From the NCBI GenBank assembly GCA_026023565.1, contig JAPETS010000001.1, positions 1,674,001-1,738,000 on the forward strand: DNA of 64,000 nucleotides, read 5' to 3'. The stretch is from Cirrosporium novae-zelandiae. Its lineage: Eukaryota. Below, piece by piece: positions 27,380 through 39,777 of this stretch (the first letter of the stretch is position 1; each line of letters begins with the position of its first letter). The notes beneath the pieces are model-generated. The model saw nothing but the letters and a program-made list of their open reading frames with translations, had not been told where the DNA came from and made no database searches. The translations under genes were made by a program, and so were the position numbers.

Positions 27380-27965
27380 GGTGAGAATTACAGAGATTGA
27401 GAAGTTCTAAGTGAACGAAGAGAGGAGAATTGTGTTTGTTTTCGTAGGAAAAGTACCGCAAGGGACGCAGTACCATAAGCTCCAGGTACAGACTTAGAGA
27501 TGATCATCAGAAGCATGCAACATTAGGTATGAGAAACAAGGGTCGAATAGAATTAAAGGCGGCAACGTGCTATGACATCGGAGGTCCAAAGATTTGGATA
27601 TCATCCCGAACGGAGGGGGGTAGAAGATAAAAAAAATATTCGTCAACGTCTAGGGCCAAAAAGACCCACTCAAGCCCGAACCGCGGAAGGATGGAAAAGG
27701 TTTGGTCGACAAATAAGGTACCATGTAACATAATGTAACAGAACGTATCATAACAATACCATCAATACCATTGATCTTCCTTCTAGCTCTAATTGCTGCC
27801 CAGAGATGTAAAAGTCGAAAGAGAAAAAATAAATGAAAACGCAAGTACTCCCTGCTCATCTCTTTAGGACTTTGATTTTTTATAACAAACCTACGGCTTA
27901 ATTCTTTCAGGAATCGGGCATATTCACTCAACTCAATCATATCTTCACACCACTCAACTTTTATC

Positions 27966-28919
27966 ATGTCATCTTCTCCGTCTTCTTCCTCGATCGATGG
28001 CCGTTCTGCAGATGAGATCTCTGCTGCTTCATCTATCGATGAGACTTTGGTTGAGAACTACAGCAGGATCCTGCTTATCACAGGGGCCGGTCAACCCAAT
28101 GGGATTGGACAGGCTGTGGCGCGAGAGGCAGTCCTGAAGCATAAATATGCTGTGGTACTCGGTGCACATTCCCGATCCTCACCAAAACAGCTAGATCAGT
28201 TTGTCGCAGAGCTGAATAAGGCTGCAATCTCTTCAGCCTCTGCATCAGATACTTCCTCGCCGATATCTGTAGCCAAATGGAGCAAATGTGATGTGACCGA
28301 TTGGAAGAGCCTCCAAGCCTTCTTTTCATTCGCGGCAGCCGAGTTTGGAGGTGTCGATGCTGTATTTTGCAATGCAGGTATTGCGGCACCATATAGAAAG
28401 GCAACTTTCAAACAGGAACATTCACCAGACTATCCCACCTTGGATGTGAATTTGACTGGAGCATTGCTTACAATAGAGGCTGCTCTAGCCTTCTTCACAG
28501 ACCATCCACGCCCAAATCAAGTCATTGTCCCGACAACCTCCATGTGCGGCTTCAACCCCAACCCAGCAAATCCTGTATACTGTGCGAGCAAAGCGGCACT
28601 TATCGGGGCAACAATATCTTTTGCCCGTAGACTGGAGTTGTCTGGGAAACCTGTCCGGCTGGCAGCGATAGCACCATATTACCTACGGACAAATTTGTGT
28701 CCGCAAGCTTTTGTTGATCGCATTGGCGAAAACAACCTTGTTCCAATGGAAGCTGTAGTTGGCGTGGTTCTTGACCTGATCTCTCCGGAATCACGGAAAC
28801 ATGGCGTTATTGTGAAAGTCGAACCCATTCAAGTAGAATCGGACAATCAAAATAGCGACAATCAACATCAGGTACTTATTGAGGACTGGATCCCAACGCC
28901 TGTGGATTTTGTGAGTTGA
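27966..28919 (+). CDS. Classical short-chain dehydrogenase/reductase (15-hydroxyprostaglandin dehydrogenase-like), intronless
   Basis: TGAGQPNGIG Rossmann motif, CDVT, NAG, Ser in TTSMCG, and YCASK (YxxxK). Confidence 0.88.
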   Translation: MSSSPSSSSIDGRSADEISAASSIDETLVENYSRILLITGAGQPNGIGQAVAREAVLKHKYAVVLGAHSRSSPKQLDQFVAELNKAAISSASASDTSSPISVAKWSKCDVTDWKSLQAFFSFAAAEFGGVDAVFCNAGIAAPYRKATFKQEHSPDYPTLDVNLTGALLTIEAALAFFTDHPRPNQVIVPTTSMCGFNPNPANPVYCASKAALIGATISFARRLELSGKPVRLAAIAPYYLRTNLCPQAFVDRIGENNLVPMEAVVGVVLDLISPESRKHGVIVKVEPIQVESDNQNSDNQHQVLIEDWIPTPVDFVS

Positions 28920-29470
28920 CCTCATCTCTTTGGCACTTCATACATGACCTCGCTACTCCTTATTCAAGTACAAAGCTAACGATTTCCAATTTAACATGAT
29001 TAGTATGGGATACCAATGTAAGCGATGTACTTTACACGGCAACTGTAGAGCAAAAGTGGGATGATTGGGATGGTTCCAATGAAAATGTGGAGGAAAGAAA
29101 TGTCACAGGTGGTATTTGTTAAAAGGATTTTAGATCAAAGGGGCAGAAGCGAATTTAGGAAGTTGGAAGGATTAAAGTTTAGGGTGGGGGGGGGAATACA
29201 TAAGCCGGCGGCCCTTTGTTTGGGTTCCATCACCGTGCCAAAAGTCAATGCAAAACATTTTCCGTTGTTGGTAAAGATATGCTTTAGATAAGAAGGATAT
29301 TCTAGATATAAAGCAAAAAGCAAGATCCAACTTCACAAAGATCATCTATCTACATGTGCTTCTATATAAATTTAACTCTTGGTATTGTTTGCGACGGGGG
29401 TTGGCCTACGTCATCTTAATACAAATAGCAGCCAACAACTCCATTTTATTGAGATTATTCTCAAGGTACT

Positions 29471-30861
29471 CTATATTGTGGTAGGTTCATCCCCCCAGTG
29501 GAATGGACATAGTCTAAAGAAGTTCTCACGCGAACACAAGACAAGAGCAGCTCGTTTATGCGGGAAGTCGATAGTCTTGTCAATGTGAAAGCCATGGTCA
29601 ACCTCATAAGCTATGATCTTTTTTCCTGAAGCTCGAGGCTCGCCAACCAAACGATCTGTCCGCGGGTCATCCAACAGCATATAGTGCATGACTGCCGACA
29701 TCCATGCTCGTACACGGTGCGGTCCACGGAACCGATCTTCTCCCACCAAAGCATGCCAGCCACGATCGTATTCACCAGCATCGAAATATGCGCCGACTGT
29801 ATCTTCCTATATTTTAAACGTAGATGCAATCAGCCACTGCCATCTGATAGTGAAATTGAATTGGAGGGTCCTGAATTTACCATAGCCCAATACACTTCAA
29901 AATAGGCAAAGAAATTATCGTCGAATCGTCCGAGCAAGGAGATTAGATGCCTGTCCTCATGTGACTTGCGTAAATACTCGCGATGTTCCTCCAGAGTACC
30001 AGTTTCATTCCACGCGGCTGCCACACGGGGGTCGTTTTGCCATTTGTTAAATAACTTTACATGCTCATCGTTTTTCCAATCCAATGCCACAAGTGACAAG
30101 TGCTCTCCCAAGTGTGGAATATAGCGGGTATAGACAACTTCACCTGGTGTGGGTTTTGATGGTCGAATAGGATGACGTGCAAAAACTCGGGCTTCAGGAA
30201 ATCTGGACGTGAATATATAATCGAGAGGTCTCACGGGGTAAGATGATGCGGAACGCTGAAGGCCTTGTCCACTAGCATCAGGTGCCCAGGGAGCTCGAGT
30301 TCCAAAAGGTGAGCCTGCTCCTTGCCAGAAAGAACATCTAGTAACCAGTAGTTCATCGTCGACAGCAATAGACGCCGGGATGTTTTTGTTTCCATCCCCA
30401 AGGGATGGCAGAGGAGTTTCAATGGCCAACCCGACTAGTAGTAGCTGTGTGCGTATTTGGGCACTTTCTGGTCCATCTAGAATCAATCGAAAGCTTTCTT
30501 GCCCTGGGCGGATGGTGAACAACGCGTATATAGTCAGCCAAGCCTGTTCAACCGACGGCACTCCGCCCTCGCTCCAGGAAAATTTGGTCAAAGGAGACCT
30601 TCTGGCACGCGCCCAAGGTGTATTGTCATCAGCGGGTGGTGCGCCATCCTCAATGCTGACAGGCTCGGAGAAGGCCAGCGACTGGTGATGTAAAACCGGT
30701 GTTGAAAACGTTTGTTCTTTGTCAACCGGCTCTAATCGGAAGGTCTGCTGTTCGTCCTGTTTTGCCTGCAGGAGCAGTTTATTGATGCGATACGCCGACA
30801 GCCAAGGATGCGGTAGACGCAAGATTGAATAATCTATCTTGTTCTGTGTAGTAGAACCCAT
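29471..30861 (-). CDS. N5-hydroxyornithine acyltransferase, IucB/AlcB GNAT family (SidF/SidL-like), 2 exons
   Basis: Motifs NTPWARARRSP, FWQGAGSPFG, HPIRPSKP, YTRYIPHL, WQNDPRVAAAWNETG, YFEVYWAM | EDTVG...DRGWHALVGE, LLDDPRT and DFPHKRAAL. Intron 29880-29807. Confidence 0.9.
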
Positions 30862-31177
30862 TATGGACTTAATTATGTCTTCTCTTCTGCGGGTTTCTCT
30901 TTGCGACTGCGATTCAAGGACTCAATTGATGCGGAAAGCAAAAACGCAAGAGATGATGATGCATTGTGGAAGTAATTAATTAGCAAAGTACACCTTATGC
31001 CAACTGGGAAATAAGTGCGTGGCCAAAAAAAGTACAGGACAGCGGAACAAGGGCCAAGAAGCACCACAAAAGACGCCATTGATGTCTTCAATACTCAGCA
31101 CGGTATCCACATATCAATTGTAACTAGGAGCTTGAGTACTGAAAATTTTTGCTTGTACTGTGCATAGGCTGAATGGG

Positions 31178-31818
31178 ATCAGATTAGATTGATCATTCAT
31201 CATTGCCTCATCATGAACGTCGGCCACCTTGACTAATAACTTTTAGGTCCGAAGCCAATGAATCACACTTGGGGGATATTAAGTCATACTACCCGGGCAT
31301 CTTTTCGTGGAGAAAGACCACTTTGGACCTGCCAAGCAGTCTGGTCAAAGTCTCGACCACACAAGGTAGAAATGTGGTTGAAACAATTTAAGACTTATTG
31401 CCGATTATCGGAGAAAATCTGATTAGATATGGTAACGGGTTTCAATTATCTGATCGCCTTATCCCTGGATGGGTTAGGAGGTGGCCGGAGGATTCGTATG
31501 ATGTGGGTAGATAAAGCAGCGGGTGGGGTGTTTCTTCAGTAGTGAGGGCCCATGCAGTCCAAGTAAAGTTATCAGATGGACCTAACAAAGTCTTAAACCG
31601 TCTTGTATTCCGGTGACTAAATTAATCTTACTACTGAGGACACGGTATCCGAGGTTGGCTTTCTGTCACAACCCAACATATTTGTCCCTTGATCAATTTA
31701 TGGTTGTCATACTTATGGTCCGTGGTCCATGTGATGAGAAATTTTCAATAGATTCAACAGACATGAACCATGATGCTTGAACTTCTTTTGGTTCCATGCA
31801 GATTAGATGATCAGATTA
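31178..31818. promoter_or_regulatory. Cluster of SreA-type GATA boxes in the divergent acyltransferase/ABC promoter
   Basis: Perfect TTATCTGAT (31446-31454) and TTATCAGAT (31569-31577), both ATCWGATAA on the minus strand. One-mismatch ATCWGATTA at 31178, 31417 and 31810. Confidence 0.7.
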
Positions 31819-32364
31819 GATGAATCGGACAAGCTGTTGAAGAAAATTAATAGCAACGACTCCACCTTAGGTCCTTGATGAAACGGTATGACGATGCACC
31901 AAAGCACCAATACGCCATTGACCTCCCATCTTTCGTACATTCCGTATCGTACTGTTTTGCCATGTTTTGTCATGGTATTGCTCTATGCTATGTGTCTGGT
32001 TATGAAAATTTCTCATCGCTTGTTTGGCTATTTCGATCTGCATCCCAAACTTCCGGCTGTTCCCTACTTCTTCCACGATCAATTGTTCAGTCTATTTTGC
32101 AATGCCAGATACGATGCCACCACGTTTGGACTGTCAGAGTGGATATTTGCTTGAGGAAGGCATTGGGCCCCCTGCTCATCATCATCCTCCACTATCCTCC
32201 TTCTTAGCGCTAATGGCTTTTATGGCCAATTGGTTTCACCGCCGGCATTCCGCTGGCATTGAAACATCTTAGAAGCGTAAAAGTTGTTTCTTCAAATCGT
32301 CATATCTGAAGGCTATGAAGGCTGTAGACGTTCTGGAGACCTTTTTGGAGCATAACGAGCGAAC

Positions 32365-35300
32365 ATGAGCCAGACTGAATCCTCTGAAGCTGAGGAGAGA
32401 AATCGTCCAAATAGCAAGTGGAGGAAATATGTGAGTTGGTCTTTGCATATACAATAGAATTGATTATGTTCTGCTTCTCGTCACGCGTATGGGATACTAA
32501 TGAATTCGACCTTGACAGTTTCCCTTCCAAGCCAAATTACGGAATCCACATTCTCTTGAGAAGAGCTCCGGATTCTTTCGTTTACTGTTTCGAACTGGTC
32601 CAAATGCCACCGACATTCTGCTGATAGTTGTGGGCACCATATCAGCAATAGCCTCTGGCATTCCATTTCCCCTCCTTGGCATACTCTTCGGTCAACTTTT
32701 GGATGATGTCAATTCAGCAAGCTGTAGCTCAGATACCGATCTGTCTGGATTTGAAAATGGTGTTCGTACAAAAGTTCTATATGTGATATACGTTGGAATT
32801 GCCAATTTTGGTTTCATATATATCTATACCAGTTGTTGGAGTTTGGCTGGAGAAAGACTTATACGGCGTCTGCGACTACGTTACTTTCAAGCTCTCCTGC
32901 GTCAAGAAATTGCTTTTACAGAGAGTCTTCCTCAAGGAGAGGTATCTTCCCGTTTGACTGCAGACCTCGAGACCATTCAAACTGGCACGTCGGAAAAGGT
33001 TGGAATATGTCTCGCTAGCGTATCTTATTTTGTTGCTGCATATATTGTCTCTTTCATAAAGGCGGCTAGGCTTGCCGGAATTCTTATATCACTTGTTCCG
33101 GCATTCCTGCTCATGGCGCTGATCGGAGGTAAATTCATCGAAAGATACGCAGCTCGAACAACAGATCATATAGCTGCCGCAACGTCAATTGCCTCGGAAA
33201 GTCTGGTTAACATGAAGATTGTACACGCATTCGGAGCAAAATCTCGGCTAGAAACTCTCTATGCCCAACGTCTATCTCAAGGGCTTCGGGACGCGCTCAA
33301 AAAGGCGTTTGCAAGTGCTGCTCAACTTGGAACAATGTTCTTCATTGGCTATTCTGCCAATGCCCTGGCTTTCTGGGAAGGGAGCAGAATGATTGCGGAG
33401 AATGTTGGCGGCAACTCTAGTAATCCCTCTGTTGGGTCGATCTACACGGTTATATTCCTTCTAGTTGATGGTGAGTTTACAATCATTTATCATACCCGTG
33501 TTCTAGAGGATAGGACATACAACACAAGAATTTTGTAAATGGATACTTGTTGACACTTTGCAGCTTCATTTATAATTAGTCAAATTGCACCGCTTTTACA
33601 TATATTCGGCTCTGCGGCTGGCTCGGCTGACAAATTGCTCGACACGATCGGTCGACAATCAGCTATTGACGGAACAACATCAGACCAGGGTCGGACAGTC
33701 AATAACATCTCGGGTGACTTTGAGTTTCAGGATGTCGTCTTCTCGTACCCATCTCGGCCAGATACTGAAGTACTCCATGCCATAAACTTGCGGATTCCAG
33801 CTGGCAAGCACACGGCAATTGTTGGCTTGTCTGGGAGTGGAAAATCTACAATCGCAGCCCTTGTGGAAAGACTGTATGATGTTAGCGGAGGCAAGATCTT
33901 AGTTGACGGTAATGACATCCGGGAGCTCAACGTCCGCCAGCTGCGGTCTTATATGGGTTTTGTGCAAGAGCAGCCAACTCTACTAGACCGGTCAATTCTA
34001 GAGAATATAGCTCACGGTTTAATCAATTCGCCTAGAGAGAGCCATGCACACTTGAAACCAGTTTTGATGAATTCTAGCCTTGAAGATGTCGCCAAAGCGA
34101 TTAGAAACGGTGTCGACGCTTCAACCGCGTTCGCTAAAGCCGGAAGTGCCGTCCAAGAGGTCTGGAAATTAGTCAGACAAGCCGCAACCATGACCAATGC
34201 CGTGGATTTCATTGATAATCTTCCCCACGGCTTTGCAACCACCGTTGGCTCCTCAGGATGCTATCTTAGTGGGGGTCAGAAGCAGAGAATTGCCATTGCA
34301 CGTGCTCTTGTCCGGGAGCCAAACATTCTCATTCTAGATGAAGCTACTGCAGCCCTGGATGCCACAAGCGAAAGACTGATTCAAGGAGCATTAGATCAAG
34401 CAGCTGAAGGACGGACAACTTTATCAATTGCACATCGTCTTGCTACCATAAAAAATGCCCACAACATTATTGTCTTTGAACGCGGCCATGTCGTTGAGCA
34501 GGGAACTCACACTGAACTTCTGGCAAAGGATGGAGCATATGCAAGAATGGTTCACCTTCAATCGCTTGCTCGTCGAGATAGCTCCGCATCTTCTAGCACA
34601 ACCCCCGCTCATAGTGGGGAGGACTCGACTATTTCTTCTAAGGACCTAGTATCTCCAGCAGACTCCGCCGATTTCGAAAAGAATACAGAAGGTGGATCTC
34701 CTAAACCAAAAATTAAAGAGATCCCTTCATCCGAGCAGGGTCTAGCTACAGATGATGACAAGCAGTCTAAATCCTTCTTTTCTACTTTCTGTGTTATCAC
34801 ACGTCCCCAATTAGCGTTGATCTTCCTGGGTCTTGCGGCTTCAACTATCACCGGAGGGGCTTATGCTGGCGAGTCTGTCATCTTCGGTCACACCGTTGGT
34901 GCTCTCAGTACCTGTCGGGCCGAGTCCCAGATCAGGAGCAGCGGGAATCTCTATGGACTTTTGTTCTTTATGCTTGCTATCATCGAGCTGATTGCATACA
35001 TGGTCAACGGTACAGCATTTGGGTGGGCTTCCGAAAAGATCCTTTATCGAGTTCGCGTTAAATCTTTACACTCGTTATTACACCAAGACATCCAATGGCA
35101 TGAGTCTGAAGATCGGACTCCGTCGACTCTACTCAACTATTTGAGCACGGATGCCAATGCTCTCGCCAGTCTGACTGGTGTAATACTCGGGACAATCTTC
35201 TCAATCTTAGTCAATCTCGTTACTGCTCTTATCCTCGCTCATGCAATCGCATGGAAAATTGCTGTTGTTCTATTAGCGACAATGCCGGTGGTTCTAATAG

Positions 35301-36598
35301 CTGGATTTCTACGGTTGCGCGTTTTGGCCCAGTTCAAGGAACGACATCAGAAAGCATTTGCACAATCTGTCAGCATCACGATGGAAGCCATGAAAGCTAA
35401 CAAAACCATTGCAACCCTCTCTTTGGAGCAAGAAACTTTCCAGGTGTATCGTCGATCATTGCAAGGTCCATTTGAGGCTGTCTTGAAAGGGGTGGCTTAT
35501 GCGAATTTCTGGCTCGCAAGTGCTTTTAGTATCACTTTTTTCGTTTACGCTCTGGCTTATTGGTGGGGGGCAAAACAGGTTGCTTCCGGGTTATATTCGT
35601 CAACTCAATTCTTCATTGTGCTACCTCTACTCTTAGGTAGCACTCAGACCTGTGGGCAGATGTTTTCTCTCGCACCAGATGCTGCAAAAGCCAAGGTTTC
35701 TGCCCTAAACGTAGCGGGGTTGTTGGATATTGGCCCCAAAGACTATGAGGATCATTCAAATAACACAAGCGATCCGACAAATAGGGTAGATGATACTGAT
35801 ATTGAAAAGACCGCGGATGCTCAACCTTTAGCAACCACCGATGAAGGAGTAAGCATCTCAATCCGCGATGTTGAGTTTTCATATCCAGCCAGACCAGAAG
35901 CGCAGGTTTTGCGGGGCCTGAGCATGGATATTCTCCCCGGCCAATTCTGTGCCCTCGTGGGACCAAGCGGGTCAGGGAAATCGACCATCATCGCGCTTCT
36001 CGAGCAATTTTACCCCATCAGCGCTGGCTCCATCACCATCGACGGCCTTGACATCTCTCGAAGCGATGGTGAAATTCTCCGTCGAGAAATGGCTCTTGTT
36101 CCACAAGACTGCGTCCTCTTCGAAGAAACAATCCGCTTCAACGTTGCCCTTGGCGCCAACCCTCGCCACCAAGTCACCGATACCGAAATCGAAGAAGCAT
36201 GCAGACAAGCAAACATCCACGACACCATCGCATCTCTGCCAGATGGCTACAACACCAAATGCGGACCCAACGGCTCCCAGTTCTCCGGTGGCCAAAGACA
36301 GCGCTTAGCGATCGCACGTGCTCTCATCCGCAAACCAAGGCTTCTGCTGCTCGATGAGCCCACGAGCGCCTTGGACGCCGATTCGGAGCGATTGCTACAG
36401 GTCACCTTGGATAAACTCATCGCTTCGAAGAATGTCACTGTTGTTACAATCGCGCATCGACTTCACACGATCCGCAATGCAGACGTTATATTCATGATCG
36501 AGCAAGGTCGGTGCGTTGACCGTGGTACCCACGCCGAACTTATCGAACGAAGTGAAAGCTATCGACAGAATTCGCAACACCAGGCACTAGGGGACTAA
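32365..36598 (+). CDS. Full-size ABCB/MDR1-type ABC exporter (TMD-NBD-TMD-NBD), SitT-like
   Basis: ATG at 32365, introns at about 32431-32518 and 33470-33563. Walker A GLSGSGKS and GPSGSGKS, signatures LSGGQKQR and FSGGQRQR, Walker B ILILDEAT and LLLLDEPT. Confidence 0.92.
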
Positions 36599-37650
36599 AA
36601 TTTTTGCTTTTTGAGCAAACCGGCTCAAGGCCTCTCAGAGGAAAACATTACATGAATTGTACATCTGATTGATCAACCATAAATTATATATTTCTCGTTT
36701 ATTTCTTTCCAGCATCTCAGGAAAAAAAAAGTTTAATGCAGATAATCCTTACGTAATTTGTTTTGCTCGTTTTTTTTTTTTTTGAAAATAGACAGTCATA
36801 GAATAAATCGATGGTTGTTCACATACGAAGTATTTTCATTTGTTGAGACATACATACATCATCACCATCACCACACGTATAGACTATATACAACCCTTAA
36901 CCTTACCAATCCATTACCACAAATTAGATTTCCAAGATTCGACTAATTAATTATTCCATCTCTAATGCTAAGAAAGAATAGAAAAGAAAAAAAAAACTCT
37001 CCCTGTTCATGCACCACCACCACCATCAACTTTATCGACCGATCCTTTAAATATTCATAGATACAGATATAGATACAGATACAGATATCAAGCTCCACAC
37101 ATACATACACACCAATAAATTATAATAGAGTCATTCCCCCCCCCCCCTCTCACCTGAGTTCGCAACGACGAGCGAGCGAGCGAGTACCTTGGATTCTAGA
37201 GATTTTAGGTTATTGATATATTTATGTTAGTTATAGTTATACTGTACTATACTATATGGGTAGATTTTTGTGGCTTGCTTTAGTGGGGTTTTTGAGCTTT
37301 TGGGGGGGACGGGGGACGGCTTGATGATGATGATGATAATTCACTGTTTTTTGATGTCCACATGCTGCTTAAAAGCCATGGCAGACATGGCTTCGGGGCT
37401 TGCAGCCTAGGCTTGGGCCCTGTGGGGAGGGGGGCGGGGGGGGGGGGCTTGAATAGGTAGGTAATTAGTTGTTATGGAATAGATGGATGGGTTTGATAAT
37501 TATTTTTCGTTATTTCTTTTGGTAGTAGTCCCTGCTACTTTCTTTCTCTCCAAGCAAGTAGACTAATCAGTTGTAAAGCCCCCACCCTCCACCTATGGCT
37601 TGAGAAATGAAAGAATCCCATATCATCTCTCAACGGCTAAAGCCAGCACG

Positions 37651-38748
37651 TCACTCATCCCACACCTCCTCCTGGTATTCTTCCTGTTCCTCAGCCAGCT
37701 CCTCATGGGCCTCCTCCAACTCCTCACGTGCTTCCTCCCTGTCTGACTCCGAGCTCGCTTCTGCTAGTTCTTCTTGGGCTTCTGCTACGTCTTCTTGAGC
37801 GTCACGGACGGACTCGGCTGCTGATTCTACATCCGAGTCGTGTTCGGGTGGGGGCATGGGTGGGGGTGCTCCATAGCCTTGGTCGTAGCCACCGCCATAG
37901 GATGCGGGTGGAGGTGCTTCGGAATGGTGATGTTCGTCATCAGAGTCTTCGGCTGTTGTGGAGAGACAAAGTGTGTTAGCTAGTACGTTCGAATTGATGG
38001 AGAGGAAGGCCATGGTAAAAACTTAAGGTGGTGTTTACTCATTTCGTGAGCGATGATAGCTCCGCCGATGGCGCCAATAGCAAGACCTGCGGCTGCACCA
38101 GCAAGCATCTTGTCATTGCTCTTATCCTTTTTCTTCTCCTCCTTGATTTCTTGGGGGGCGATTGATGGGTAGCCTTGTGCTCCCCCATACGAGCCAGATT
38201 TCTGGTCGTAACCGCCGTATTGCTCGTGGCCACCATAACCGCTGTAGTTAGATGGCTGTTGAGAAAGAGGTGGTGGAATCCCTCGGGTCTCTTGATGGCC
38301 ACCTGACGTTGCGTGATAAGAGTATGGGTGAGCCCATTGGGACATCTGGGAGAAATAATCAGTCAAAGGCCATTTGAAATAGAGACCTAGACGATGAGAA
38401 AATAATACTCACAGAAGAAGACTGGTCAACATAGTACCAAGTCTGATAATTCTGATCCCAACGAGCGGCCCAGCCTTGGGGGAGCTGTGAGGGGCCAGGT
38501 GGAGGTGGGGGGTTAGATGGTGGGGGATAGTAAACCTCTGATTGCGGAGGTTGCTGGGAATAACTAGGGTAGGATTGATATTGAGGCTGGGGTTGAGAGC
38601 CATATTGTGGTTGCTGTTGGGGTTGCTGATAGTAGTTGTCAGCAGCACCACGTTGAGATTCCTCATTGCTGTGTTTTTGCTTGTCCTTGTCCTTGTCTTT
38701 GTCCATCATGGACTCAACCTGGTCAGTTAACTTTTTGAAGAACGACAT
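37651..38748 (-). CDS. Single-WW-domain, Gln/Pro/Tyr/Gly-rich protein with an acidic C-terminus (3 exons)
   Basis: Spliced WW domain LPQGWAARWDQNYQTWYYVDQSS | MSQWAHP, a glycine-zipper-like segment AGAAAGLAIGAIGGAIIAHEM, and an acidic helical tail. Confidence 0.8.
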
Positions 38749-39242
38749 GACTGTGAGGTATAATCTATCTCGTTGAAATGGTTGAAGAAAAGTGAGATAG
38801 AATGAACAGATATGGGGATGACTTTAGAGGTAACAAAGGTGGGACAGAAAAGACAACGGGAGGATGATCATCTGCATTTATCCAGGCAGCATTCAACATA
38901 TTATGCCAAGGCCTTGGTTTTGTGAATTATCCACTCAAATATGCAGTATTCTACTATTATACTGACTAAAGAGGGTGCTTTTTCAGCTATGCAAGGGTTT
39001 AGACACTGCCAAGTCGGCGGGTATACCTTGGCCTTCTAAATGAGATATTATTTTCGGGTTGGAAGATGACTATATTTTGATTGGCTCAAAGAGGATTTGC
39101 TTAACGGTTTGAGAGATGTGATAGATATCTAATTGATTATTTCTTTTTCGGAGAATAGAATAGAGTATCGGAAGATTAAGTAAACACCTTATAATTAACT
39201 GTGAAGAGACCAATAAACTCCCATGGTCCTGTGGCTTTGTGG

Positions 39243-39310
39243 CTTGAGGTTTGAGGCTTGAGGCTTGAGGCTTGAGACTTGAGGCTTTCGGGGCTTCGGG
39301 ACTTCGGGCT
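39243..39310. repeat. Heptamer tandem repeats (CTTGAGG)~6 followed by (CTTCGGG)~3
   Basis: Read directly. Confidence 0.85.
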
Positions 39311-39777
39311 CCGTCACGCCTCACTCAATAAGGCTGAAGGCTGAAGACTACTCAATCCCTACCCCAGCTCACGTTTTCAATCTTACCATCCAAACCCCAT
39401 TACTGTTCTACCAAGTAATACTCCTAATAAAACCACTTACCTACCTAACCTAACCCACACTAATCCCAATGTTATCAACAGACCAGACCAGACCGACCCA
39501 CCTCCCCTTGATCTAGTCAATCCACTCAAAAATCCTTAGATCCTGGTCTATATATATATTTATATAGATCGTCAAAGTCATACATATAGACATACATATA
39601 TATATATAACCATCCCAAAATAAAAACTTCAACACCACCAAAAAAAAAAAAGATGCCTCCTTATTTTTTATATAATTCGGATTTATTATGTAAATAGAAC
39701 AAATGGATTTTTTTGGATAATTAATTATTGGTTTGTTTGGTTGATTTAAGAGATAGGCTGAATAAAAGACAGTTTAA

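Noticed and set aside
31867..32300. Overlapping short ORFs upstream of the ABC gene
   Set aside because: No recognisable family. The ABC start is explained by the ATG at 32365, so this is likely promoter or 5' UTR.
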